Part shown: positions 17,951-26,557 of the stretch, one piece after another
How positions within the stretch are numbered: the stretch's first letter is position 1
Layout of the letters: every line of letters begins with the position of its first letter
From: an uncultured Lachnospiraceae bacterium
GTDB taxonomy: Bacteria; Bacillota; Clostridia; Lachnospirales; Lachnospiraceae
Direction of reading: 5' to 3'
NCBI GenBank assembly: GCA_900313955.1
Contig: OMTP01000187.1
Span: forward strand, 1-39,229
Length of the DNA stretch: 39,229 bases
The notes under the pieces: generated by a model
Database searches by the model: none
Told to the model about the DNA's origin: nothing
Seen by the model: the letters and a program-made list of their open reading frames with translations, nothing else
Position numbers and translations under genes: made by a program

Positions 17951-18865
17951 CTATTTTTCCGGAAATGGCGTCATGGGTACGCTTTCTTCCGTGCAGACGA
18001 AGATGTATTTGAGGTAGCGGCGGTTCTGGTGGGGGTCCATGATGTTGACGAGGCTGAGAGAGAGAACATCCGTCAGTATGGGGAGATTATTTTCCCTGAT
18101 ATAGGAGGCCAGACGCTCGTAGATCTCACGGATGTCGACGTCGGAGTCACGGCAGGCGATGGCCGCGACCTTCCGCGTGGGAAGGCTCACGGTCTCGACC
18201 GAGTCCCAGGCCTCGATGGTGCCTGGGCGGGGATCTTCTTTATTGAGGTCGAAATCATCGGAGTGGAAGAGGCTCACGACCTTGGTGTAGCGGTAATCTC
18301 CTTTCAGAAATCCCTGCGCATCCATGATGGTCCCGGCCGGAAAGGCTCGGGACATGTCGGGGAAGAGATTGATGTGGTTCTGGATGTCCTGGGCGATATC
18401 GCGAAGAGAGTAGGCCTCCTTTGAAGTCACCGGCGCCACGCGAAAGCGGATATCCGGGGGACACTCGCGCACAACAGGGACGCCGAACTCGGAGGGCTGA
18501 ACCATGGAGGCGATGCGCAGAGCTCCCGAGAACTGGCGGATCTTGTTGCCCAGCTCATTTCTCTCTTTTTTGAGGGCATCGAGCTGAACAGACAGATAGT
18601 TGAGAATGGCTTTGTCGTCATCGGACAAAAGGAAGGCCTCAATGGTCCTGGTCTGAAAGCCGACACTGCGGAGGGTAGATATGATATAGAAAGAACCGAT
18701 CTGGGCGTAGCTGTAGTAGTGGTAGCCATTGGCAGGATTCTTCCAGGGAATCAGTATTTTCTGCTGCTCGTAGTAGCGCAGAGTGTCCCGCGTCGTGCCG
18801 CAGATTCTGGCGAACTGAGCGGAAGGGATGGTATACTCGCTCACATTTTCCTCATCCAATGACAT
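17951..18865 (-). CDS. MerR-family transcriptional regulator with C-terminal effector domain
   Basis: FARICGTTRDTLRYYE...P...NGYHYYS HTH; start may be GTG at 18844. Confidence 0.92.
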   Translation of the reverse strand: MSLDEENVSEYTIPSAQFARICGTTRDTLRYYEQQKILIPWKNPANGYHYYSYAQIGSFYIISTLRSVGFQTRTIEAFLLSDDDKAILNYLSVQLDALKKERNELGNKIRQFSGALRIASMVQPSEFGVPVVRECPPDIRFRVAPVTSKEAYSLRDIAQDIQNHINLFPDMSRAFPAGTIMDAQGFLKGDYRYTKVVSLFHSDDFDLNKEDPRPGTIEAWDSVETVSLPTRKVAAIACRDSDVDIREIYERLASYIRENNLPILTDVLSLSLVNIMDPHQNRRYLKYIFVCTEESVPMTPFPEK

Positions 18866-18883
18866 AAGGATTCCTCCAAAGGC

Positions 18884-18914
18884 TTGACATGGGGGTGACC
18901 CCCAGCTTTAATGT
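18884..18914 (+). promoter_or_regulatory. MerR-type promoter/operator for the DegV gene
   Basis: TTGACA followed by palindrome TGGGGGT-G-ACCCCCA in the spacer; TAATGT at 19-bp spacing (TTTAAT at 17 bp is an alternative). Confidence 0.75.
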
Positions 18915-18975
18915 AAACATTATAGCATAAAAGATATACTTGGATAAACCATGAATTGATAGAGGAGAATAGAAA

Positions 18976-19869
18976 ATGGCAAGAGAAGATTATCTGGTTG
19001 TGACGGATGCCTGCTCGGACATCATCCCGTCCTACGCGGACAAAGAGGGAATTCTGGTCATCCCCATGGAAGTGACCATGACAGACGGCACCCAGTTTGA
19101 TGCAACGTATGATAACTCCACGATGGATCTCGCGGAGTTCTATAAAAAGATCGGTAATGGAAATCTGGCGCAGACTTCGGCGATCACACCGGAGAGATAC
19201 AAAAATTTCTTCACACCTCTCTTAAAAGAGGGTCACGATATTCTCTACAATTGCTTCACTTCCGGCTTGTCCAGTACCTACAACAATGCGCGTCTCGTGG
19301 CTGCGGAGCTGCGCGAGGAATTCCCGGAGCGCAAGATCATCGTCGTCGACTCCCTCGGAGCGACCGGCGGCCAGGGCTATCACACCTACTGGGCAGCTGT
19401 CAATCGCGACAAAGGCATGTCCATCGAGGACAATGCCAAGTGGCTGGAGGACACGCGTCTCCACGTCGCCTACACATGGACCGTCAGCGACCTCATGCAC
19501 TTAAACCGCGGCGGCCGCCTCTCTAAGACAGCAGCTATCTTTGGAACAGCTCTTCAGATCAAGCCGGTCGGCGACATCGACGATGAGGGACATCTGGTCA
19601 GCATCGGCAAGGCCCGCGGCCGCAAGCTCTCCATCAAGAAGCTCTGCGACATGATGGACAAGAGCATCGACACAAGCCTTGATTATCCGGTTCTCATCTG
19701 TCACTGCGACTGCCCAGACGATGCCGAGACCTTAAAGCAACTGGTCCTCGCCACCGGCAAGGTCAAGGACGTCGTCATCGGCCGCACCGGCCCGATCGTC
19801 GGAGCCCATCTCGGCCCGACCGGCCTCACCATGTACTACTTCTGCACAAAGCGCCTTACCTCCATCTAA
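18976..19869 (+). CDS. DegV/FakB-family fatty-acid-binding protein
   Basis: VTDACSDI, TSA, SGLSSTY, VVDS, L.RGGRLS, IKP, GAHLGP motifs. Confidence 0.95.
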   Translation: MAREDYLVVTDACSDIIPSYADKEGILVIPMEVTMTDGTQFDATYDNSTMDLAEFYKKIGNGNLAQTSAITPERYKNFFTPLLKEGHDILYNCFTSGLSSTYNNARLVAAELREEFPERKIIVVDSLGATGGQGYHTYWAAVNRDKGMSIEDNAKWLEDTRLHVAYTWTVSDLMHLNRGGRLSKTAAIFGTALQIKPVGDIDDEGHLVSIGKARGRKLSIKKLCDMMDKSIDTSLDYPVLICHCDCPDDAETLKQLVLATGKVKDVVIGRTGPIVGAHLGPTGLTMYYFCTKRLTSI

Positions 19870-19879
19870 GTAAAAGTCG

Positions 19880-19933
19880 GGTGCCTGTCACCAGACATTT
19901 TAGAATATTCTAAAGTGTCCGGTGACAGGCACC
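19880..19933. repeat. 54-bp loopless palindrome (REP-like), left island boundary
   Basis: GGTGCCTGTCACCAGACATTTTAGAAT-ATTCTAAAGTGTCCGGTGACAGGCACC; second copy at 32018-32070. Confidence 0.85.
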
Positions 19934-20586
19934 TATTTCAGTTCCAGATAGATCTCTTCAGGGTAGACTGCAATGAGCAACTTTGGCCTGTGCTGTGTAA
20001 GATACTTTTCTGTCATGTGTGTCGCTGTGCTTGTGTCGATGAGATAGGGGATATCGACGTGGAAGGTGCGGTTGTGACGGATGGCAAAAGACGAGGAGCC
20101 CTTCAGCTCCGGATTCACATCAGGGAGTTTGGTAAGTGTGTCTGTTGCGGGACTTACACAGTAGTCGCTTCCTGTCAGAAGAAAATCATCCAGACGAACG
20201 GCGGAGTCGGATTTCTCCTTCCACTTGTCGTTGGTAAAGTCTGCATGGACGAGATAGACCAGCCCATACTTGTAGTAATCGACATCCGGTTTTTGTGAAA
20301 TCTCCTGCAAATCCTTAAAGGAAGCCCCATGCTGCTTTAAATAGTCTTCTGTTCGGATGATCTCAGTGCCAGTCACCTGCAGATGATATCCGGTCAGATC
20401 ATTGACATCAAAATAATACATCTCGCTGGGAAGAGGAACATTGGACCCGGCCGGATACGTCTTCGTTGATGGAAGATAATGCTCCACGTTATAGGAATGG
20501 TTGACCTTCCATATCCTCATGCAGCTCAAAACAAATATAAAAAAAGCTGCCACAAGGACAAGAGATACTTTCACCCGACTTCGCAT
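19933..20586 (-). CDS. Membrane-anchored extracellular protein, resembles DUF5028
   Basis: N-terminal TM then RIWKVN...TY..G..V...GY.L.V...EI...EDYL pattern; family assignment from memory. Confidence 0.7.
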   Translation of the reverse strand: MRSRVKVSLVLVAAFFIFVLSCMRIWKVNHSYNVEHYLPSTKTYPAGSNVPLPSEMYYFDVNDLTGYHLQVTGTEIIRTEDYLKQHGASFKDLQEISQKPDVDYYKYGLVYLVHADFTNDKWKEKSDSAVRLDDFLLTGSDYCVSPATDTLTKLPDVNPELKGSSSFAIRHNRTFHVDIPYLIDTSTATHMTEKYLTQHRPKLLIAVYPEEIYLELK

Positions 20587-21257
20587 CGTCCCACCTCTCT
20601 GAAGGTTCCATCTTCTGTCTTGATATAATGTTTCGTCACTTTTCCCGCTGTCAGATGAAAAATCGTATCCGACGCATGTGTCAGCAGATCATAGTCATGG
20701 CTGGACAAGATAACCAGAGCACCTCTCTTTTTTTCTTCTTGAATGATCTGGAATGTCTGCTTCACTCCATCGTCGTCAAGTGATATAAAGGGCTCATCCA
20801 ACAGAAGAAGATCCGGTTTCTCCATGATTGCGCAGGCTATGCCCAGGCGCTGCTTCATGCCGAGAGAATACTTGCGATACGCTCTTTTATCTTCCGGATC
20901 AAGACCAACTCTTCTGAGTACATCCCTGACCTCTTCCTCTGAAATCCTGCTCTGTATCTGAGCCAGGAGCCACAGATTTTCAAATCCTGTAAACTGATTG
21001 AGAAAAGCCGGGTTCTCGAGCAAAAGTCCAAGGCTCTCAGGAAAGCTGTTCTGCCCGGAAAGGAACTTTCCATTAACAAGCACCTGCCCCTCCGTCGGAT
21101 GAATAAGGCCTGCCACGACTCTCATCAGCATGGTCTTTCCGCAGCCATTAATTCCATGGAGACCATAGACATGGCCGCCCTGCATGTTCATGCTGATGTG
21201 ATCGAGCACAGCTGTGTTGCTCAGTATTTTTGACACATTTTCCAATTCTACTGTCAT
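20571..21257 (-). CDS. ABC transporter ATP-binding protein (module A)
   Basis: GINGCGKT, LLENPAF, YSLGMKQRLGIA, LLLDEP, SSH; start at MTVELEN. Confidence 0.95.
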   Translation of the reverse strand: MTVELENVSKILSNTAVLDHISMNMQGGHVYGLHGINGCGKTMLMRVVAGLIHPTEGQVLVNGKFLSGQNSFPESLGLLLENPAFLNQFTGFENLWLLAQIQSRISEEEVRDVLRRVGLDPEDKRAYRKYSLGMKQRLGIACAIMEKPDLLLLDEPFISLDDDGVKQTFQIIQEEKKRGALVILSSHDYDLLTHASDTIFHLTAGKVTKHYIKTEDGTFREVGRCEVG

Positions 21258-22156
21258 AGCCAGCTCCTCTCCTTTTCCATATGAGGAAGATTGATGATGT
21301 CCATAGTCATAAGGCGCATGTTGCCGATCACAAATGCACAGGCCATAAGGATAACACACAGACAGAGTCCTGTCCCGGGACTGAAACGATAAAGACCACA
21401 GGCACGGCTCCTTGTACTCATCGCGTAATTTATAAGAAAAGCGGGACTCGCAGCAAAGATTCCCAGGATCGAGTAGATCGCTGAAATGAGATAAGCCATC
21501 ACCGGCCTCACAAACAGGGTCAGGGTCATCTGCACAAGGCTGATCGCGCCCGTAGTAAAAATGGGCAGGATGATGAAAATGAGAACTGCCTGCCCCGCCG
21601 AAATCTCACCGACAGCAGGAGAAGTATTAAAAACCCCCTGGAAGCAAAGGTCATTGATCGTTCCACGAAAGCCCAAACCGGTGAGAAGGGAACATATCAT
21701 CCATGTGAGAAAGAGAATCACGTATGCCTGGCAGACAGTGATCAAATTCCAGATGCATTTGGACAGCCACCACTGCCCCTGCTTGTGAACCCTTGTCAGA
21801 ATCTGAAGTCCACCACCGCTTATATCCTCCCGCGCAAATTCTGCGGTAAAAAAGAGAATCAGAAGCTGGATGACCAACCATTTGACAGGGTACTGCACAT
21901 CTGCTGCCTCCGAGAGATCCTGCATGGGAAGCATACCGCCTGTCAAATAGAGAAAGCTGTCGGTCATTGACACATTTTGCTGCGCAAGAATTTTCATATT
22001 TTCTTTTATTGTAGGGGTCCTCCAGAAACAGTGGAGCGTGTCCATGTAGAAAAAAATGTAGTAAAAGATGCTGAGGAGAAGGACAGAGAGTCCCTCTATT
22101 CGGGCTGTCCGCTCGTTCTTTTTCAGGTCATAGCGTAGAAGATTAAAGGATCTCAA
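21254..22156 (-). CDS. Six-TM ABC permease-like membrane protein (module A)
   Basis: Multiple TMs, LTR....QWWLSK cytoplasmic motif, overlaps the ATPase start. Confidence 0.8.
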   Translation of the reverse strand: MRSFNLLRYDLKKNERTARIEGLSVLLLSIFYYIFFYMDTLHCFWRTPTIKENMKILAQQNVSMTDSFLYLTGGMLPMQDLSEAADVQYPVKWLVIQLLILFFTAEFAREDISGGGLQILTRVHKQGQWWLSKCIWNLITVCQAYVILFLTWMICSLLTGLGFRGTINDLCFQGVFNTSPAVGEISAGQAVLIFIILPIFTTGAISLVQMTLTLFVRPVMAYLISAIYSILGIFAASPAFLINYAMSTRSRACGLYRFSPGTGLCLCVILMACAFVIGNMRLMTMDIINLPHMEKERSWL

Positions 22157-23015
22157 GCTTGCACCCCTTTCTCAAAATGACAGGAACAGTCACCAAAAGC
22201 AGCATGCCTTCCCAGAAAATGACAGCTGGCAGCTGCACGGAATTGGGAGCTGTATTCGGATGCAGGAGGAAAATGGGAGAGATCTCAATATAGGAGATAT
22301 AGTATTGAAAGCTCCTGCAGGCATCGACAACAAGCAGGACGATGTAAGGTATAGCTACTGCCCCCAGATGGGACCGCACATAAAAAGAAGCCGCAAGGCT
22401 CATGAGGGCAAAAAGGCCGCCGAAGATGAAATCCATCCCAAGAATGGCAAAACAGAAACACAGCGGGTGACTGTAGAAGAGGCCGGAAAAGAGATCACCG
22501 TGATCTACAGATGCGTAGAGGCTATAGAGGACATTGGGCCGGATGGCCGGAATATGCATGGCAACAAGCCATAAATTCAGAAGCTGTGGCAATGAAATCA
22601 GGCATCCCCCGGTGAGAAAAGCGACCAGGATCTTTGCAGAGAAATATACCTTCCTCCCCTTCTTGGGGACAAGGAGATGGAGATAACTGCTGTGAATTTC
22701 CTCGAAGAAGGACCATGCGGTGGGAAGAGAAGCCAGAACCGGAGTAATCAGAAAGAATATTTTGGCCCCGGGAGACTGGATCTCCGCATTCATCCAGCTG
22801 TTATAAAGTGTCATAGAGACAAGATAATTTTCTTTTGGGGAATCACCCTGGGAGCGCAGCCGGGATAAAATCCCGGCGGGACCCAGCTCGCCGTCATAGA
22901 GGCGGCAGGCATGGACCGCACTCGTGACAGCGCACAAAATTCCGACTGCCAATGTCGCCCAGAAGAGGTGATTTCGAAAGAGTTTCCAGAGTTCTGCTTT
23001 CAGATAGTTTTTCAT
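22143..23015 (-). CDS. Six-TM ABC-2 permease-like membrane protein (module A)
   Basis: LKAELWKLF N-terminus, E..S.Y......GR..YF.AK motif, multiple TMs. Confidence 0.82.
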   Translation of the reverse strand: MKNYLKAELWKLFRNHLFWATLAVGILCAVTSAVHACRLYDGELGPAGILSRLRSQGDSPKENYLVSMTLYNSWMNAEIQSPGAKIFFLITPVLASLPTAWSFFEEIHSSYLHLLVPKKGRKVYFSAKILVAFLTGGCLISLPQLLNLWLVAMHIPAIRPNVLYSLYASVDHGDLFSGLFYSHPLCFCFAILGMDFIFGGLFALMSLAASFYVRSHLGAVAIPYIVLLVVDACRSFQYYISYIEISPIFLLHPNTAPNSVQLPAVIFWEGMLLLVTVPVILRKGCKLEIL

Positions 23016-23713
23016 TTTCTTAAGTCAGCTGTGAGAGGCAAGGATTCATAGTTTTCGTTGATTCCCTCCGTGCAACAGAGAGACAGATTTCCATTTTCAG
23101 CTTGCTTCATAATATCATCTGGAAGGCTGTAGGCCATCGTATAGGTCTTTGTCTCGCCCTCACTGGGAGTAGCCATTTCAAAATAAGTGTCCTGTCCCGG
23201 TTTTCCGCAATCCAGATAAACCGGCTCCGCAACACTGGCATCCTGTATCTGCCCAAAGTCGTTATAGAAGTCTTCAGATTTTGTCAGGTCCTTGGGAAGT
23301 TTTTGAAGGGCATCCGTCGGAACCAGGCAGAAGTTATTGACCAGCGCTGTCTTCTCAACATTTCCCTCGGAATCCTTGGTGGATGTATAGTTCATCGTGA
23401 CAAGAAGCAGGTTCTTCATGGATTGAAAGTCTTTTTCCTCGACTGACGGGGACATCTTATCAAATATAAGTCCTGCATCCGCGGGAGTATCCTTGAGAGT
23501 CCAGCTCTCCACCTGGTAAACTCCACCCGTAAGAGGTGTCTCCAGCCGATTGGTCTCATCCGTTTCAGAGCCTGTATCCACAGTGTCACTCGCCTCTGAA
23601 GCTGTCTGCGCACCAGATTCCGTTGTTGAAGGCAGAACTGCACCTTCGGAACAGGCAGTCAGTACCAACATACAGGACAGAGCAAGAATGGGGATACATT
23701 TCAATGTTTTCAT
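23012..23713 (-). CDS. Acidic lipoprotein (module A)
   Basis: Lipobox LTAC after hydrophobic leader, S/T/E-rich linker; RBS GGAGGAG. Confidence 0.85.
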   Translation of the reverse strand: MKTLKCIPILALSCMLVLTACSEGAVLPSTTESGAQTASEASDTVDTGSETDETNRLETPLTGGVYQVESWTLKDTPADAGLIFDKMSPSVEEKDFQSMKNLLLVTMNYTSTKDSEGNVEKTALVNNFCLVPTDALQKLPKDLTKSEDFYNDFGQIQDASVAEPVYLDCGKPGQDTYFEMATPSEGETKTYTMAYSLPDDIMKQAENGNLSLCCTEGINENYESLPLTADLRK

Positions 23714-23733
23714 GATTCTTCTCCTCCTCCATA

Positions 23734-24180
23734 TCAGACGATAGCAACGTCACCTTTACCTGTCCAATCAGGGCTCCAGTTGCCGCTCACCAGGCCTGTT
23801 CCTGACGTCGCACGCATTTTAAGCCACATCTCCACATGGCCATTTGATCGATCTCCCTTTTCATAAACAGTGTTCGTAATTCCATATGCATGCCCATTTC
23901 TGAGTGTCACCGTACCTGAAGCGGTTTTATTCGTTGCTTTTCCGCTAACATAGCAGTATGTCTGGACATTGGTTCTTTTTGATGGGGATGTATCAGGTTT
24001 TACATATACCTTACTTGTATTTGTCTTCTCATAATGTGTTGTATCGTGCCAGTTCAGGCCTCCTACACTCGTATACCTATACGGCTTGTCTGTTGTGTTG
24101 GCGGCCAACACAGGTGTGACGTTGAGTGCCAAAGCTGCAGCTAAAATCATTCCAATACATGCGACTCTAAATTTCTTCAT
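23734..24180 (-). CDS. Small basic secreted protein, DUF2712-like putative effector (module A)
   Basis: Sec signal ending VLA-A; EKTNTSKVYV and VSGNWSPD motifs; RBS GAGGAG. Confidence 0.8.
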   Translation of the reverse strand: MKKFRVACIGMILAAALALNVTPVLAANTTDKPYRYTSVGGLNWHDTTHYEKTNTSKVYVKPDTSPSKRTNVQTYCYVSGKATNKTASGTVTLRNGHAYGITNTVYEKGDRSNGHVEMWLKMRATSGTGLVSGNWSPDWTGKGDVAIV

Positions 24181-24230
24181 CGTATACTCCTCTCAAATGC
24201 AATATTGATTACTGTTATTGTAGTTGCTTC

Positions 24231-24383
24231 GTAACTATTCAGTAGGGCATTCTTGCTTCGGGAAAAACACGTCCTCCTCGGCTCAAAGAGAAGGTCTGTT
24301 CAAGGACGATGCGCAGTTCCTAAGGACAATTCGCCGCTGAGGACGTGTTTTTTCCTCCGCAAGAACCCCACCTGAATAGTTAC
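24231..24383. mobile_element. 153-bp hairpin MITE with 12-bp TIRs and 8-bp target duplication
   Basis: TIRs GTAACTATTCAG/CTGAATAGTTAC; GTTGCTTC at 24223-24230 and 24384-24391; internal stem AAAAACACGTCCTC/GAGGACGTGTTTTT. Confidence 0.9.
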
Positions 24384-24448
24384 GTTGCTTCTATGATAAA
24401 ACTTCACGCTATCAATTTTTGTTCATCTCCTTTCTCGACGTCGATATC

Positions 24449-24543
24449 ATCTTACCACTCTTTTTTAGAAAGAAATCTTAACTATTCTTAACTGTCAGAG
24501 TTAAGAATAGTTAAGATTTCTTTTGTGAAAACAGTGCTATACT
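24449..24543. promoter_or_regulatory. Divergent promoter pair with back-to-back tandem TTAAG boxes
   Basis: CTTAACTATTCTTAAC (24477-24492), 7 nt, GTTAAGAATAGTTAAG (24500-24515); TGgTAAGAT (minus) and TGcTATACT (plus) each 22 nt from a box. Confidence 0.85.
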
Positions 24544-24574
24544 CAATTCGAATTAAAAACAAGGAGACACTTAG

Positions 24575-24955
24575 ATGAAATACAATTCAATGAAGAGATG
24601 TGCTATGATAGCAATGGCAGTAACACTGGGTATTTCTTCACAAAGTGTTTTTGCCAGCGACCAGATCACTACTGACTCAGCTTCGAAGGTAATGTTTTCT
24701 ATGAAAGAAACTACCACTCAAGAAACAATGGCATCTGCGCAAAAGAAGAGGCTTCCTTTATCGGGAACTGTTTACCGCGTAACTGCTTCGTCATTAAACA
24801 TTTACAGTGGTCCTGGCACAAACTATTCACACATCGGTTCTTATAAAAAGTATGACGTCGTCAATGTAAGGTCAATCAGCAAAGGATGGGCGCAAGTATC
24901 ATTTCGATCAAGGACAGGATACGTGTATGCAAAATACCTTGAAAAATACATATAA
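24575..24955 (+). CDS. Secreted single SH3b-domain protein
   Basis: Signal peptide VFA-S; VTASSLNIYSGPGTNY..IG......V......GWAQV....TGYV...YL; RBS AAGGAG. Confidence 0.88.
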   Translation: MKYNSMKRCAMIAMAVTLGISSQSVFASDQITTDSASKVMFSMKETTTQETMASAQKKRLPLSGTVYRVTASSLNIYSGPGTNYSHIGSYKKYDVVNVRSISKGWAQVSFRSRTGYVYAKYLEKYI

Positions 24956-25838
24956 TAAAACAAACTTTTCTAGTCCTCATTATTGTGTAAAGACCGTTTT
25001 TTTTACTATTAGTGTTTTTCTTTCTTTAATAATAACTGATAATTTTGTGAATGCGATGTCCTTTTATGAAGGATCTCTTCTTTCGGTTGCTCCGAATTGG
25101 TTATTTCGGCTGCTCTATATGGCAACATATATCTTCTGCTATTTTTTCCTTTTGACACTTCTCGTCTGGCTTTTTTATAAGGAGAAGCTGACAAGCTATA
25201 TTAAGATAACCCATAGTCAGAATCTGCATTTCATCCTTCTGGCAATACTCTTGCCCATACTAATGATTACATTATGGATTCTGTTCCTTCCAGGGGCTCA
25301 GACCGTAAAAACATTCTCGATCTGGAAATATCTGTATTTAGCAGGAATCACTCTTTTGGAGTACGGTTTTATGATCACGTTCATTGAGGAATTCACCTTT
25401 CGTGTACTGCTGCAACCTAAAATCGCCAGCGCATGGGGCAGAAAAACTGCAGTCATCAGTACCTCGCTGCTCTGGTCCATACTGGCCTTTCACAGCGCAG
25501 ACGCAACGGTACCTTATGTACTCTGGGATCTGCTTCTTATGACTTTATGGGGCATGTTTTTTTCCTATATCTATAACAAGACAGGGTCTTTCACAGTATG
25601 CATGCTATTTCACGGAATGCTCAACATCCTCTGGAACGGTCAGATTTTGTCCATCAGTACATATTTCTGGAGCGGAAATGAGAGCATCCTCGAATATAAG
25701 ATCCCTGAGCTAAGCGGCATTTTCTACAGGATATGCAATCCTGAACATTATGAGACCAATGCTCTAATACTTCTGATCTCATTTTTTGCATGGAAAGCTT
25801 ATTTTCACAGGAAAGAAGTCCGCGAACCATCCGCATAA
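24927..25838 (+). CDS. CPBP/Abi (CAAX) family intramembrane metalloprotease
   Basis: EEFTFR, FH and HGMLN motifs, multi-TM; start codon uncertain. Confidence 0.85.
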   Translation: MQNTLKNTYNKTNFSSPHYCVKTVFFTISVFLSLIITDNFVNAMSFYEGSLLSVAPNWLFRLLYMATYIFCYFFLLTLLVWLFYKEKLTSYIKITHSQNLHFILLAILLPILMITLWILFLPGAQTVKTFSIWKYLYLAGITLLEYGFMITFIEEFTFRVLLQPKIASAWGRKTAVISTSLLWSILAFHSADATVPYVLWDLLLMTLWGMFFSYIYNKTGSFTVCMLFHGMLNILWNGQILSISTYFWSGNESILEYKIPELSGIFYRICNPEHYETNALILLISFFAWKAYFHRKEVREPSA

Positions 25839-25855
25839 GAAAGAGGAAAGCAGAT

Positions 25856-26557
25856 ATGGCAAGTGAAAAAATTATGATTGTAGAAGACAACAGCGATATT
25901 CGAAGCGCCGTTTCCCTGCTGCTCGAAACGGAGGGATTTCAGGCTGTCGCCTGCCCGGATGGCAAGAGCGCACTTCAGGAGATGAACGAGGATATCAGGC
26001 TCGTCGTTCTCGATATCATGCTCCCTGACATTGATGGCATCACCGTCTGCAGAAAGATCCGCGAGACCTCCAGCGTTCCCATCCTCTTCCTCACGGCAAA
26101 AGGCACAGAGATTGACAAAGTGACAGGCTTCAACGCAGGGGGCGACGACTATCTGGTAAAGCCCTTCTCCTACATCGAGCTCACCGCCCGCATCCGCGCT
26201 CTTCTTCGGCGCTACGAAATCTACGGGAATAAAAAGGCACAGGAATATGCGGACAGGGACTGGATCACCATCAGTGACCTCAAAATCAGCACGGAGAAAA
26301 ATGAGATTTACCAGAATGACGCCCCGATTGAGATGACAGATATGGAATATGGGGTTCTGAAAATGCTCATGCAACACCCAAAGCAGGTTGTCTCTATTGC
26401 GGAGATCTACGAGAGTGTCTGGGGTGAGACCTTCCACTACTCCGCTTCTAATACGGTTATGGTTCATATTCGAAGAATTCGCAAGAAGATCCATGATGAC
26501 GAGAAAGAAACAGGCCACATCAAAACTGTCTGGGGAAAGGGATATCGCTTTGAGTAA
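25856..26557 (+). CDS. OmpR-family response regulator (TCS-2)
   Basis: IVEDN, LDIMLP, FLTAK, KPF, SNTVMVHIRRIR...KTVWGKGY; start MASEK behind GAGG. Confidence 0.96.
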   Translation: MASEKIMIVEDNSDIRSAVSLLLETEGFQAVACPDGKSALQEMNEDIRLVVLDIMLPDIDGITVCRKIRETSSVPILFLTAKGTEIDKVTGFNAGGDDYLVKPFSYIELTARIRALLRRYEIYGNKKAQEYADRDWITISDLKISTEKNEIYQNDAPIEMTDMEYGVLKMLMQHPKQVVSIAEIYESVWGETFHYSASNTVMVHIRRIRKKIHDDEKETGHIKTVWGKGYRFE

